NCBI GenBank assembly: GCA_039803205.1 | Contig: JBDRYB010000001.1 | Span: forward strand, 331,413 to 395,412 | DNA: 64,000 nt | Origin: a candidate division WOR-3 bacterium | GTDB taxonomy: Bacteria > Hydrothermota > Hydrothermia > JBDRYB01 | Direction of reading: 5' to 3' | Shown: positions 1 through 10,492 of the stretch, piece after piece | Position numbering within the stretch: the first letter of the stretch is position 1 | Layout: each line of letters opens with the position of its first letter | Notes under the pieces: model-generated | Databases searched by the model: none | Told to the model about the DNA's origin: nothing | What the model saw: the letters and a program-made list of their open reading frames with translations, nothing else | Translations under genes and position numbers: made by a program

Positions 1-397
1 AAAGGGCACCCGGAAGCACGAGCACTGATGGCTCTTCTGTGGCCACCCTCGCGCGCTCCACACGCTCAGCCTCCTTCTGGCGCTTGCGTGCCCTCCTTTT
101 TTCTCCTGAATAGCGTCCCTTCTGGAAACTGCTCCTGGGAGTGGGCTTCTCTTCAACCGGTTTCTTGCTGGGGTGAGTTCCGTGTATCTTCTTTTTGCGT
201 TCAAGATCAGAGGCAATGGCCGCTCGTTCCATTCTCAGGCGCTCCCTCAGAGCATCCTCCATTTCCTTGTTAACCTTTCCCTGGGGGGATTTGACATCGT
301 ATCCGAGACCGACGAGGATAGATATAACGGCTGAGGCCGAAAGCCCCAGCTCGTCAGCTATCTCCTTGACCCTCTTTGGGCCCTTTCTCTTCGTCAC
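1..397 (-). CDS. infB: Translation initiation factor IF-2, N-terminal part (runs off window)
   Basis: GTG at 397 overlaps nusA stop (GTGA); my translation MTKRKGPKRVKEIADELGLSASAVISILVGLG is IF2_N-like; canonical rimP-nusA-infB order. Confidence 0.88.
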   Translation of the reverse strand, partial: MTKRKGPKRVKEIADELGLSASAVISILVGLGYDVKSPQGKVNKEMEDALRERLRMERAAIASDLERKKKIHGTHPSKKPVEEKPTPRSSFQKGRYSGEKRRARKRQKEAERVERARVATEEPSVLVLPGAL

Positions 398-1704
398 TTT
401 ATTTCCTCTCCGGATTCAAGGATGCTCTCTATGACCTCCAGGATCTTTAGGGAGCTCTTCTCGTCCAACCCAACAACCGAATGCAACTGCGCGAGGGTTG
501 GGATCGAGGTGAATGAAGTGAGGCCCCGGTTCCTCATGGCCGAAAGCACATTCTTCGGAAGCTTTTTCTCCAGGTCTATGAGAGTTACAACACCTGGGAC
601 GGGCTTATAATCCCGCCGTGTTATTATGTCTACCCTCTTGCCCACCAGGCCAGAAGCCAGCTTGACATTCGCCCCCTCCTCGCCCTTAGCGGACTCAACA
701 TCCTCGTCCTCAACAACGGCCACTATCCTATCCTCTTCCGGATAGACCGTTATCGGGACAATAGGGGAAAGCGCGTTAAAAGCCAAGCGTATGGTATCTG
801 GCTCCCATTTTATCACATCTATCTTTTCCCCTCCTATGGCTTTGATTACCTTGGATATTCTGGTTCCCTTGTGCCCAACGCAGGTCCCCACTGGGTCCAT
901 CATGGGGTCCTTTGACCTTACCGCTACCTTTGAGCGCTTGCCGGGTATCCTGGCGACAGCCTTTATCTCTATCATTCCCTCCATTATCTCGTTTATCTCC
1001 TGCTCCAGAAACCTCCTGAGGAAGTCGTTGTGGGCCCTTGAGAGAATTATCTGGCCTCGTTTACTCTCGTCATCTCCGCCGACAGAGAGGATGAGGGCTT
1101 TCATGCTTGTTCCTTGCCTGTAGCGCTCGCCCGGTATCTGTTCCTCTGGGGGAATAATGCCTTCAGCGCGCACCACCGCGCCCAGTTTGGGCCTGAGGGT
1201 GACGAAGACCCCCTGTTTCGGATCAACCTTCTGGATGTCAACTATCTCCAGCTCCCCTACCCTTGACTGGAACTCCTTGAACACATTGTATTTCACTGCC
1301 TCCCTTATCCGCTGTGTGAAGATGTTCTTTATCCGGTAAACGGTTGAGCGGTCAAGGGACTCAAAGGGAATGGGTATCTGAACCGTTCCGCCTGGTATGG
1401 CGCTCTCCGAGTAGGCCCTTGCTTCCTCAAGGGAAATGAAACATGGTTCCTTTGGTTCCTCTGATTCATCCTGGGCAAGTCTGAATTCAAGGGTAGCTTT
1501 CTCAACATCCTCAACAACCTTCTTCTCTACCCGGATGTCTATCGCCCCCTTTTTCAGGTCTATGTCCACCACGATATTGCAACCAGGGTGGTTCCTAGAA
1601 AGGGCTTTGACTATGGAATCCCTGAGAACCGCAACGACAAGCTCCCTTGATAGCCTTCTCTTCGTGTGTATCTCCGCTATAAAGTCCAATAGGGGCAGTT
1701 TCAT
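394..1704 (-). CDS. nusA: Transcription elongation factor NusA
   Basis: S1 and KH motifs (ARIPGKRSKVAV, DPVGTCVGHKGTRI, GEKIDVIKW); synteny. Confidence 0.97.
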   Translation of the reverse strand: MKLPLLDFIAEIHTKRRLSRELVVAVLRDSIVKALSRNHPGCNIVVDIDLKKGAIDIRVEKKVVEDVEKATLEFRLAQDESEEPKEPCFISLEEARAYSESAIPGGTVQIPIPFESLDRSTVYRIKNIFTQRIREAVKYNVFKEFQSRVGELEIVDIQKVDPKQGVFVTLRPKLGAVVRAEGIIPPEEQIPGERYRQGTSMKALILSVGGDDESKRGQIILSRAHNDFLRRFLEQEINEIMEGMIEIKAVARIPGKRSKVAVRSKDPMMDPVGTCVGHKGTRISKVIKAIGGEKIDVIKWEPDTIRLAFNALSPIVPITVYPEEDRIVAVVEDEDVESAKGEEGANVKLASGLVGKRVDIITRRDYKPVPGVVTLIDLEKKLPKNVLSAMRNRGLTSFTSIPTLAQLHSVVGLDEKSSLKILEVIESILESGEEIK

Positions 1705-2111
1705 GTGTCCACCTCCGCCAGGTTTAATCTGGCAAGGTCTCTCACGCTTAGAACCTCTCCCTCAAGGTTTATCTCCTCGTCTGAGACCGATATGAGCCTT
1801 CCCGAGAGGACTCGTCCTCCCCGAGTGACGGCCCTTACCCTCTTTCCTATGGCCCAAACCATCTCCCTCCTGGTTTTCAATTCCCGGTCCAGTCCAGGAG
1901 AAGAAACCTCAAGGGTATACGGCCCTTGAATGGGATAACCCTTATCCAGAAACCTTTCAAGTCGTCTGGAGAGCGCCGCGCATTCCTCCACGCTCACGCC
2001 GCGATCCCCGTCAACAAATACCCTGAGAAAGCCTGGTCCTTGCTCCACGGCAACCAGGACTAGCCCCTGTTCCTCTGCCATCCTCTCAATGATGCTTTCC
2101 AGTTCCATCAA
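1701..2111 (-). CDS. rimP: Ribosome maturation factor RimP
   Basis: GVSVEECAALSR, YTLEVSSPGLDREL; upstream of nusA. Confidence 0.95.
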   Translation of the reverse strand: MMELESIIERMAEEQGLVLVAVEQGPGFLRVFVDGDRGVSVEECAALSRRLERFLDKGYPIQGPYTLEVSSPGLDRELKTRREMVWAIGKRVRAVTRGGRVLSGRLISVSDEEINLEGEVLSVRDLARLNLAEVDT

Positions 2112-3811
2112 GGTATCCTCCCCATTAGCCCCTTTATCCCTTTCACGACCTCTCCAAAACTGAAATCAAACCTCTCCCCAGTTCTTCTGACCTGAACCTC
2201 AACCTTCCCCTCCCTCATCTTTCTCTCTCCTACGACCAAAAGCAAGGGAAAACCTATGAGCTCCGCATCCCTGAACTTGAATCCAGGCGTCTCATCCCTG
2301 TCGTCCAGTATAACATCTACGCCCTCTTTCTTTAGCATATTATAAAGCTCCTCTGCTTCCCGGATAAACTTGTCTCCGGCTATGTTCAGCACGACGAGCT
2401 CATGAGGCGCTATGGCCCTCGGCCAGCTGAGACCCCGTTCGTCAGCAAAAGCATCCGCGGCAGCTGTCATTATCCTTCCGAGGCCTATCCCGTATGAGCC
2501 CATTATCACGGGCTTCAAGGAGCCATCCCTGTCCGTGAACACAACCCCCATGGTCTCGGAGTATCTCGTGCCGAGCTTGAAGATGTGGCCTATCTCTATG
2601 GCGGTTCTCAGTCTGAGGTTTCCCCCGCACCTGCACCTATCCCCATCCTTGACAGCCCGCAGATCGGCAAACCTGTCAACGGCAAAATCCACAAGAGGGC
2701 TAACGCCTACGATGTGATGATCGTTCTCGTTAGCTCCGACAACCCCGCGCTCAACGCCCCTCACGCTTTCGTCAGCTATAACCCCTCCGATTTTGCCTTT
2801 TATCCCAATAGGCCCGACAAAACCGATCTCAGCTCCGAATATCTCCCTTATCTCCTCCGGAAGACCAAGAAGGGGCGTTCCTCCCAGCTCCTTAGCCAGC
2901 TTCGGTTCTGAGAGCTCCTGATCCCCTCTTACCAGGACAACATACGGCACATCTCCCACATAATAGACAAGGGTCTTTATTATCAGGTTGGTTTCTATTC
3001 CGAGAAATCCCGCTACCTCCTCCGCTGTTCTCACATTAGGGGTATGAACCTTCTCCCTGTTTCTGTAGGGGCTATTGGGTTTTTCGGGAACCGGAATTCC
3101 GGTTGCCACATCAAGATTGGCCGAATATCCGCAGGAATCGCAGAGGGCTATTGTGTCCTCTCCGGATTCGGAGAGAACCATGAACTCCTCTGATCCTGTC
3201 CCGCCCATGACACCGGAGGATGCGAGGACCTCCACAAAAGGTAGGCCGCAGCGGGTGAAGATTGCCCGGTATGCCTGGCGATGGAGCTCGTAGGCGTGAT
3301 CAAGCCCCTCCCATGTAGCGTCAAGGGTGTAGCTGTCCTTCATTAGAAACTCTCGCACCCTGAGCAATCCGCCTCGTGGCCTTGGCTCATCCCTGAACTT
3401 GTTCTGGACCTGATACCATATCTGAGGAAGGTCCCTGTGGGACTTTATGTGCTTGCGAGCTATCTCCGATATAACCTCCTCGTGAGTTGGGGCCAGAACA
3501 TAGTCCCTTTCCTTTCTGTCCTTTAGCCTGAACATGTCGGGCCCGAAAGCATCCCAGCGCCCGGATTCCTGCCACAAAGAGGCTGGGTTGAGGGATGGCA
3601 TGAATATCTCTTGGCCGCCTATCTTGTCCATCTCCTCCTGAATTATCCTATATATCTTCTTTATCACGCGCCAGCCAAGAGGCAGAAAAGCGTAGACCCC
3701 TGAGGCTATCTGCTTGATGAACCCTCCCCTGAGAAGGAGCTGGTGGCTACGGGTCTCCGCCTCAGAGGGGGTTTCTTTGAGGGTGTGGATGAAAGCCTTA
3801 CTCCATCGCAT
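2108..3811 (-). CDS. proS: Proline--tRNA ligase (bacterial type with editing insertion)
   Basis: FRDEPRPRGGLLRVREFLMKDSY, IEIGHIFKLGTRYS, MGSYGIGLGR. Confidence 0.98.
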   Translation of the reverse strand: MRWSKAFIHTLKETPSEAETRSHQLLLRGGFIKQIASGVYAFLPLGWRVIKKIYRIIQEEMDKIGGQEIFMPSLNPASLWQESGRWDAFGPDMFRLKDRKERDYVLAPTHEEVISEIARKHIKSHRDLPQIWYQVQNKFRDEPRPRGGLLRVREFLMKDSYTLDATWEGLDHAYELHRQAYRAIFTRCGLPFVEVLASSGVMGGTGSEEFMVLSESGEDTIALCDSCGYSANLDVATGIPVPEKPNSPYRNREKVHTPNVRTAEEVAGFLGIETNLIIKTLVYYVGDVPYVVLVRGDQELSEPKLAKELGGTPLLGLPEEIREIFGAEIGFVGPIGIKGKIGGVIADESVRGVERGVVGANENDHHIVGVSPLVDFAVDRFADLRAVKDGDRCRCGGNLRLRTAIEIGHIFKLGTRYSETMGVVFTDRDGSLKPVIMGSYGIGLGRIMTAAADAFADERGLSWPRAIAPHELVVLNIAGDKFIREAEELYNMLKKEGVDVILDDRDETPGFKFRDAELIGFPLLLVVGERKMREGKVEVQVRRTGERFDFSFGEVVKGIKGLMGRIP

Positions 3812-3919
3812 CAGGCTGAGATTTTAAACCGGGGAGCGATCCTGGTTCAAAGAAGGATGCTGATTGAAGAGCCGGAAACCGAGACCCTATAATCTTCGGC
3901 CGAACGGATTTTTGAAGCA

Positions 3920-5269
3920 TTGCGCCAAGCCATCATTTTCACACTAATTCTCGCGGCTATCAGGCTAGCCGTGGCGCACCTTTATCCGCTTCTTCCGGAC
4001 GAGGCATACTACTGGGTCTGGTCAAGGGGTTTGGCCTTTGGTTATTTTGATCATCCGCCAATGGTCGGGTGGCTGGTTAAGGGGGGGACCATATTCCTTG
4101 GCAATTCCCACTTGGGGGTAAGATCGCTCTTTATCCTCCTATCCGGGTGCGCCGGGTTATTGATATATCTGTTGATAAGAGACCTATCAGAGGATCGCCA
4201 GGGGTTTCACGGGCTTTTGGCCGGGACATCCGCTCTCATGCTCGGCATAGGGGGGCTTCTGGCTGTTCCGGATGTCCCTCTCGTTTTCTTCTGGACACTG
4301 GGGCTTCTCTCAGGGATAAAGGCCCTGAAAAGGCCAGGCTGGTGGTTGATCTATGGTATAGCTCTAGGCGGTGCTATGCTTTCAAAATATAGCGGGGTAT
4401 TTCTTCTAACGGTTCCCTTGGCTTATCTGTTCACAGATAGAAGATTCCTCATAAAACCACAGTGGTGGCTGGGTCTCGGTGTCAGCCTCGCCATCTTCCT
4501 CCCAAACATAATCTGGAACGCGGTGCACGGCTGGGTCTCTTTCGCTTTTCAGCTGGGCCACGGCCTCGGAAAGGGCTTCAATCCCTCGGGGCCTCTTAAA
4601 TACATCCTTGACGCGGCTCTCGTGAACAGCGTTTTTCCCTTCGTTTTTCTTCTATGGGGCACAATAAGGGCCGCCCGGAAATTCAGGGAACCCAGCATCC
4701 TGGCTCTCATCTTCTCGTTCTGGGCTCCGTTCCTCTTCTTCTGGGCCGCCAGCCTCAGGGGGCATGCAGAGGCAAACTGGGCCGCTCCCGCTTACATGAG
4801 CCTAGTGGTTTTAGGGGTTCTTGGACTCGGAACATCAACCAAAGGGTGGGCCTGGAAGGCTTCAGTCGTGTTCGGCCTGGCACTCGTGGGAATCGCATAT
4901 ATCCAGGCTGTTCATCCCTTCTTGCGGATAAAGGGGGATCCCACCGAAAGGGCGAGGGGATGGAAGGAGCTGGCCATGTGCGTTCAATCTGTGAGGGAGG
5001 CCTATCCCGAATTGAGCCTCGCCGCGTCCCGGTATCAGGAGGCATCTGAGCTCTCGTTTTACCTTCCCGGAAACCCGACAGTAAGGGTTGCAAACCCATC
5101 CGGAAGACAGAACCAGATAACCCTCGTCTATCCCCCAGGGCCCGGAGAGGACTTCATATTCGTGGGTGAGCCTGAGGGGTTTTCAAGCGCGGAACTCATC
5201 CTTGAATGCAGAGGGTTGAGGCATTATAATGTGTATCTCGCAAAAGGTTATTCCGTATGCGAATATTGA
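3920..5269 (+). CDS. GT-C glycosyltransferase (family 39/ArnT-like), multi-pass membrane protein
   Basis: PDEAYYWVWS...GYFDHPPMVGW, LSKYSG, many TM segments. Confidence 0.85.
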   Translation: MRQAIIFTLILAAIRLAVAHLYPLLPDEAYYWVWSRGLAFGYFDHPPMVGWLVKGGTIFLGNSHLGVRSLFILLSGCAGLLIYLLIRDLSEDRQGFHGLLAGTSALMLGIGGLLAVPDVPLVFFWTLGLLSGIKALKRPGWWLIYGIALGGAMLSKYSGVFLLTVPLAYLFTDRRFLIKPQWWLGLGVSLAIFLPNIIWNAVHGWVSFAFQLGHGLGKGFNPSGPLKYILDAALVNSVFPFVFLLWGTIRAARKFREPSILALIFSFWAPFLFFWAASLRGHAEANWAAPAYMSLVVLGVLGLGTSTKGWAWKASVVFGLALVGIAYIQAVHPFLRIKGDPTERARGWKELAMCVQSVREAYPELSLAASRYQEASELSFYLPGNPTVRVANPSGRQNQITLVYPPGPGEDFIFVGEPEGFSSAELILECRGLRHYNVYLAKGYSVCEY

Positions 5270-6702
5270 TGTTGTGGTTTTTGTCCTCGCCTGATCCCGG
5301 AGCCTTCCAGGTTCACCAAATAGAGATCCAGACCCACGACATCTACGAGACAAGGGGCTTCCCCGGCAACCTCATCTCTTGGCTTCACATTGCCACTGCC
5401 GAAAATACAATAAGGGGTCTTCTGACATTCAAGGAAGGCGATATAATCACCGCGGAGATCATGGAGGAGAACGAGCGTAGACTGAGAGGAACCGGGCTTT
5501 TCAGCAGGGTCTGGCTGGAGAGGCTCAGAGAAGGGGATACCTCAATCGTCTGGGTTGGGACATGGGACCTCTGGTCAAGCTCGTTTTACCTCGATCTCTC
5601 AAGGGAAGGGGGCTTACAGAGGTTTGGTCTCGGACTTATGGAACACAACTTCCTGGGGATGGCAAAGGAGGTCTCGGCTCTGTATCAGAAGGACTACGAG
5701 AGGAACTATTGGGAGGTCTGCTACAGGGACATGGACTTCCTATCCAGAGGCCTTGAGATGGGTCTCTCGGCCCAGATAAGGACCGATGGCCAGCTGGCGA
5801 GCGCTGGGATCGGGAAACCATTCAGAACTGTTGGAGAGAGATGGGCATGGGGCCTCTCCGGCTCCCTGGATTCAAGCAGACTAAAGGTTTATGTTGAGGG
5901 TAGCCCTGTTGATTCAGAGGACTTCTGCATTCATTGGGCAGGCCTGAGGGTATCAAAAAACCTGATGGAGAACGCTATCGCGGCCCCGTTCCTCGATCTC
6001 AAATACTGGGAGAGGAGGGGCAGGGATACTGTTCTGATGAGTGGGGTGGGCGTTGGGTTTGCCTACGAGAGAAGGAACTATTGCAAGACAACCAGGCTGG
6101 ATGGCTTTGGGTATGATGAGGATTTCTTGCTTGGACCAACTCTCAGCCTAGGGGCCTGGATATACACGGAGGGATGGGGTTGTGAGGCCGGGCTTATGGT
6201 TGGTTGGCATCTCGGGGAGCGAGTGTTTTGGGATATGAGGCCTTCGGTGCAGTATAGCCGCGTGAGCGGTCGGGAAATGACCAAGGCAGAATTTACCACC
6301 AAGGCATACCTTAAGCCTCATCCTCAATCAGTGATAGCTGTTTCGCTTTGCTCTGGAAGGATGAGCGGACAACCAGGCCTCACTTCATATGAGTTGGGAG
6401 GCACATCAGGCCTCAGAGGATGGCCAGCTTTCTGGCTGTCCGGCAAGGAGAAACTGCTCGTTCAGTCCGAGCTCAGGCTAATAGGCCCGGAGGTTTTCCA
6501 GTTCTTTGTGCCGGGGATAACATTCTTCTGGGATGGGGGGGACATAGACTTTGGGGACGGGGATTTCGCGTGGGACATTGGCATCGGCCTCCGTCTGGGC
6601 CTCACGAAGGTCTTCAAGTTTCCGAATCTCATGGTAGATGCGGGTTGGCCGTATGGGCGCGGGAACCCGGTTTATTCGTTCAGGACAGCCCAAGGGTTCT
6701 AG
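5257..6702 (+). CDS. Omp85 (BamA/TamA-like) outer-membrane protein with one POTRA domain
   Basis: ENERRLRGTGLF POTRA helix, LGGTSGLRGW loop motif, C-terminal Phe. Confidence 0.75.
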   Translation: MRILMLWFLSSPDPGAFQVHQIEIQTHDIYETRGFPGNLISWLHIATAENTIRGLLTFKEGDIITAEIMEENERRLRGTGLFSRVWLERLREGDTSIVWVGTWDLWSSSFYLDLSREGGLQRFGLGLMEHNFLGMAKEVSALYQKDYERNYWEVCYRDMDFLSRGLEMGLSAQIRTDGQLASAGIGKPFRTVGERWAWGLSGSLDSSRLKVYVEGSPVDSEDFCIHWAGLRVSKNLMENAIAAPFLDLKYWERRGRDTVLMSGVGVGFAYERRNYCKTTRLDGFGYDEDFLLGPTLSLGAWIYTEGWGCEAGLMVGWHLGERVFWDMRPSVQYSRVSGREMTKAEFTTKAYLKPHPQSVIAVSLCSGRMSGQPGLTSYELGGTSGLRGWPAFWLSGKEKLLVQSELRLIGPEVFQFFVPGITFFWDGGDIDFGDGDFAWDIGIGLRLGLTKVFKFPNLMVDAGWPYGRGNPVYSFRTAQGF

Positions 6703-6724
6703 AGGCTTCCTTTGGGACGAGCCT

Positions 6725-8380
6725 CTATTTGCCCTCACCCCCCTGAGTCTCTTCCCTAGTGGCTATGCATGAGAACTCAAAAACGGGGGTGAATTTCTGC
6801 GTCACAGTCACATCAACCTGCTCCTGGCCGCAGTTGTAGTTTGAGAAGGTGTAGGATGCTGAGTATGTGTTTGTGAATGGCTGAAAGCTAGCGAGCTGTG
6901 CCTGGCTTATGTCTATCATCCAGGGTATCTTTGCGGGGATGTCCACGAACCCAGAAGCTATTCTGTCTCCCACAACCCTGGCGTTGAAGAGGTCAAATAC
7001 ATCAACAGCGTCATCAACCGCGTTCTTCGCGTATGCCCCTCCGAAATAGAAGCACAGGTTTATTATCTGGACGCGGCTGGGGTCCTCGCCAACCGGGAGC
7101 CCAATTACATATATTGTGTCAACCGTGGGATCTGATAGGTTCCAAGGGTCAAGAAGCCCGCAGTCAGTATACTTGAAGCCTGATACCGTGCCTTTCTCCT
7201 TGAGGGGTTCGTATTTCATTTTTACGAGATTCCCCGAGTACCACCAAGCGTCCTTTGCATTCATGGCCTTGTGGAAGAAATCATTTATGAGATAGTCGCG
7301 ACAGTTCATCATGTAGTGAAGCTCATAGTCAAACGAAAGGGTCATGTTTATATTCTTTGACCTGAAATTCCAGGTGGATGAGACCCGCCAGGCGTAATCA
7401 GCCCTAATCAGGAATGTGTCCGGGCCGAATATGGTTATCTTCTTGTCATCCCTGACCTTGCCATCCAGATAGTCAACCGCCGCCACCTCATACGCGGCTT
7501 TGAGCGGGTTCTTTCCGGCAGAGAAAGCGCTCGGATCCGGAAGCTTATACTGAAATGTCGCTGTCCCGGCCTTTACATAGTCCCAGCGCCAGTTTGACCT
7601 ATCAGATGGTTCGCCCGAGACGATGTTTCCTGGGGAACCCTCCTTGAGCCTCACTGCCAGACGCATGGATTCCCCGAGATACTGAAAAACAGGCCTGTCA
7701 TAGACATTTCGGATGCTACTAATCGTGATGGAGACAGTTCTATCGTGGGACATGGACGCGGTATCCACTGAAACCATGACCTGGGCCTCCGTTGGGGTCT
7801 CTGTCCTCTCTATGATCTGGGAAATGCTCTCGGTCTCGCTTAGCTTCTTTGCCTTGGACTTGCTGAACTCCTTGTAGAGATCATCAACCATCTGGAGAAG
7901 GGCTTGTATGACATTGCGTATATCCTTCTTGTTTATGGTAGCCTTGTTGCGACGGTAAATTGCCCCCGTTGCGTTGTTGATGAGCCATATTCCTGCCAGG
8001 AGCCCGTTCTGATCCTCACCCACTACCAGGTCAATGGTGTATGCGGCCTTTGATCTCATGGTATCATCTTCTATGTGGAGGAAACCGTTGTCCTCGTGGG
8101 TGAAGTATCTGAAGAATTGGGCCCTCGTTATGTCCAGCCTGTAGGCCGCAGGGACATCTATATTCGGGTCCTGGAAGTTCTTCTGGAAGCGCTTGAAGAC
8201 TATTTCCTTGTTCTTCTCAAGCTGCGCGGCATCTATTCCGCGCGAGAGGTATCCGTTCGGATCGACGAACATCTGCATTTTGAAGTTGACCCCGGGCTTG
8301 GCCAAGAGGCTAGCCGGCAACAGGAAAACAAACCCAAGACAATACCCTATAAAAGCCCTATTAATCATCTTTTTCTCCAT
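6725..8380 (-). CDS. Hypothetical secreted protein
   Basis: Long ORF with classical signal peptide (KKMINRAFIGYCLGFVFLLPASLLA); start moved to ATG 8380 because ATG 8389 abuts a TAAAAT box. Confidence 0.65.
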   Translation of the reverse strand: MEKKMINRAFIGYCLGFVFLLPASLLAKPGVNFKMQMFVDPNGYLSRGIDAAQLEKNKEIVFKRFQKNFQDPNIDVPAAYRLDITRAQFFRYFTHEDNGFLHIEDDTMRSKAAYTIDLVVGEDQNGLLAGIWLINNATGAIYRRNKATINKKDIRNVIQALLQMVDDLYKEFSKSKAKKLSETESISQIIERTETPTEAQVMVSVDTASMSHDRTVSITISSIRNVYDRPVFQYLGESMRLAVRLKEGSPGNIVSGEPSDRSNWRWDYVKAGTATFQYKLPDPSAFSAGKNPLKAAYEVAAVDYLDGKVRDDKKITIFGPDTFLIRADYAWRVSSTWNFRSKNINMTLSFDYELHYMMNCRDYLINDFFHKAMNAKDAWWYSGNLVKMKYEPLKEKGTVSGFKYTDCGLLDPWNLSDPTVDTIYVIGLPVGEDPSRVQIINLCFYFGGAYAKNAVDDAVDVFDLFNARVVGDRIASGFVDIPAKIPWMIDISQAQLASFQPFTNTYSASYTFSNYNCGQEQVDVTVTQKFTPVFEFSCIATREETQGGEGK

Positions 8381-8674
8381 GACCCGCATATTTTAAGACA
8401 TAAGCGAGGAGCTTTTCAAGCTTGGATCCTCCCCAGAGAACTTTCCGGATTTCCGGCACCTTAGCCCCCTGTTTATATTAGGAGATCAACCGGTATTTGC
8501 GAATTATGAGCTCACAGCTCTACCTATATGCTCACGGCCCTCCCTAGTGATCGCGATCATCACGCACCGTCTCCTTTCATACCCCTCATAGGAGGTGGCC
8601 CATATTCTAATCCAAAGGCCGAATCCGGGCCGATGTGGTTGAAGATCGCCGCGTCTGGCTCTTATAATCTCAGC

Positions 8675-10486
8675 ATGACATTTGGAATTCTTTTCGCTTT
8701 AGCCACCTTGGCCCAGCGAGAGAAGATGACCATAGAGGGCTATATGAGGCCCTTTAGGGAGGCCTTCAGCTCGTATATCTCCGTCGTTTCCGATGCTGAG
8801 GACCTTTATTACTCTGAGCGCTATGAAGCCGCTTTCAACAAGTATAACGCCATACTCAAGGGCGCTGAGAAATCCGACTACAAGATGATAGGCTACATAG
8901 GCATGGCGTGGTGCTATATCGGCCTCGGGAGATACTCTGATGCCCTGAAGATGCTGAAACAGGCCGACCTTTACGCTCCATCTGACCCCAAAACCCACAT
9001 AATGACATTGATGGGGAACGGCATATCCTCCTTCAACCTCGGAAAGTATCCCGAGGCATACAGGTATTTTTCAAGGATAACGGATGATTACAGGGATTAC
9101 CTGGAATACTGGCGAGACGCTTATTATTTCAAAGCCCTATCAGCATATGCGAAGGGCGACTACCCTCAGACGATAACCGATGTGGAGACGATACTCAAGG
9201 ACAGCCTGCATTTCCGGGGATACGAGAAAAGAGCGGATGCTTACATCCTCGGTGGGAAGGCGGCCCTCAATGGCGGGAACTATGAGAAGGCAGTCGCGCT
9301 CCTGAATGGGTTTATTTCCGAGTTCCCCACGCATCCGAAAGCGGGCGAGGCGAGGCTCCTACTCGCTGAGGCAGAGGCATCAAAGGGGAGCTACAAAGCC
9401 GCGATGACCGCATACGAGGATGTCCTCAATACATATCCATACCTGAAGGATCAAGCCCTGGAATCAATGGCTCGGGTATCGGTCAAGTTCGGAGACTACA
9501 TCGTTGGGGACACATCCTTCAGGATAACTCATCCCCTCATGGTTGAGGTCTTTCTCTGGGTCCCCGCTGTTGAAGCGCACAATAAGGGGAATCTCGCTAA
9601 GGCCATGCCCAGGTTCCTCAGGATGGCGAGGGATGTCCCTGAGGACGAGCGATCCGGAAAGGGTCTTGCCCTTATTGGCCAGGCCTTCGCTGATCAGGGG
9701 AGCTACACGAAGGCCGCTGAAATATTCAGGCAGTATATAGTCCAGTATCCAGCTGGGGAAGACATAGCGAAGGTGATGAACCTTCTGGCAAACTGCTACA
9801 TAAAGATGAATCAGTGGCGTGAAGCACTCAAGGTCCTTGACGAGATAATCTACAGGTTCGGCCAGGACGAGAGCCAGAAGGACTTGGTTGATGGCGCGAA
9901 AAAGAAGCTCTCGGCCATAATCAACGAGCACCCCGATGCGGCGGAGGGGCTCTCGTTTAAGACCCCCGGGCTTTCCCAGGATGCCGCTTTTCAGCAGGCC
10001 GCGGCCGCTTACAACCAAGGGGACTACGCCAAGAGCGCGCAGTTGTTCCTTGAGTTTGCGGACAAGAACCCAGGGGATCCGAAGGCCTGCAGGGCTGTTT
10101 TCAATGCTGGATACATTTACTTCCAGGCGAAGGATTACGCGAACGCCGTTTCCGCTCTCTCGCGCTATGTCTCGGGTTGCGGCTCCGGCGAGGACGCCGA
10201 GAACGCATACTTTTATCTGGGGGCCTCGTATTACTTCGCCGGAGACTACGCCAGATCCGCTTCAACCATGGAGGGTTTCGTATCATACTTCCCGGCCTCA
10301 CCCATGAAGCCAAATGCCCTGAAGCTCGCTGGCCTAAGCTACCTTGAGCTGGGAAATCAGTCCCCCTCATACAAGGACAAGGGCATAGAAAGGCTCAAGG
10401 AATCAGCGAGGGTATTCAGGGCACAGGGAAACCCCACCGAGGCTGAGAAGATAGAGAAGTATCTTGAGGGAATGGGGATAAAATAG
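8675..10486 (+). CDS. Exported tetratricopeptide-repeat protein
   Basis: Many TPR repeats; ATG 8675 is 6 nt after TATAAT and followed by a short hydrophobic leader. Confidence 0.85.
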   Translation: MTFGILFALATLAQREKMTIEGYMRPFREAFSSYISVVSDAEDLYYSERYEAAFNKYNAILKGAEKSDYKMIGYIGMAWCYIGLGRYSDALKMLKQADLYAPSDPKTHIMTLMGNGISSFNLGKYPEAYRYFSRITDDYRDYLEYWRDAYYFKALSAYAKGDYPQTITDVETILKDSLHFRGYEKRADAYILGGKAALNGGNYEKAVALLNGFISEFPTHPKAGEARLLLAEAEASKGSYKAAMTAYEDVLNTYPYLKDQALESMARVSVKFGDYIVGDTSFRITHPLMVEVFLWVPAVEAHNKGNLAKAMPRFLRMARDVPEDERSGKGLALIGQAFADQGSYTKAAEIFRQYIVQYPAGEDIAKVMNLLANCYIKMNQWREALKVLDEIIYRFGQDESQKDLVDGAKKKLSAIINEHPDAAEGLSFKTPGLSQDAAFQQAAAAYNQGDYAKSAQLFLEFADKNPGDPKACRAVFNAGYIYFQAKDYANAVSALSRYVSGCGSGEDAENAYFYLGASYYFAGDYARSASTMEGFVSYFPASPMKPNALKLAGLSYLELGNQSPSYKDKGIERLKESARVFRAQGNPTEAEKIEKYLEGMGIK

Positions 10487-10492
10487 ATACCT

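Noticed and set aside
8506..8610. Minus-strand frame ...RRRCVMIAITREGREHI resembling a MarR/PadR wing, or a 19-aa SD-led peptide
   Set aside because: Too short, and no upstream HTH in frame; could be chance
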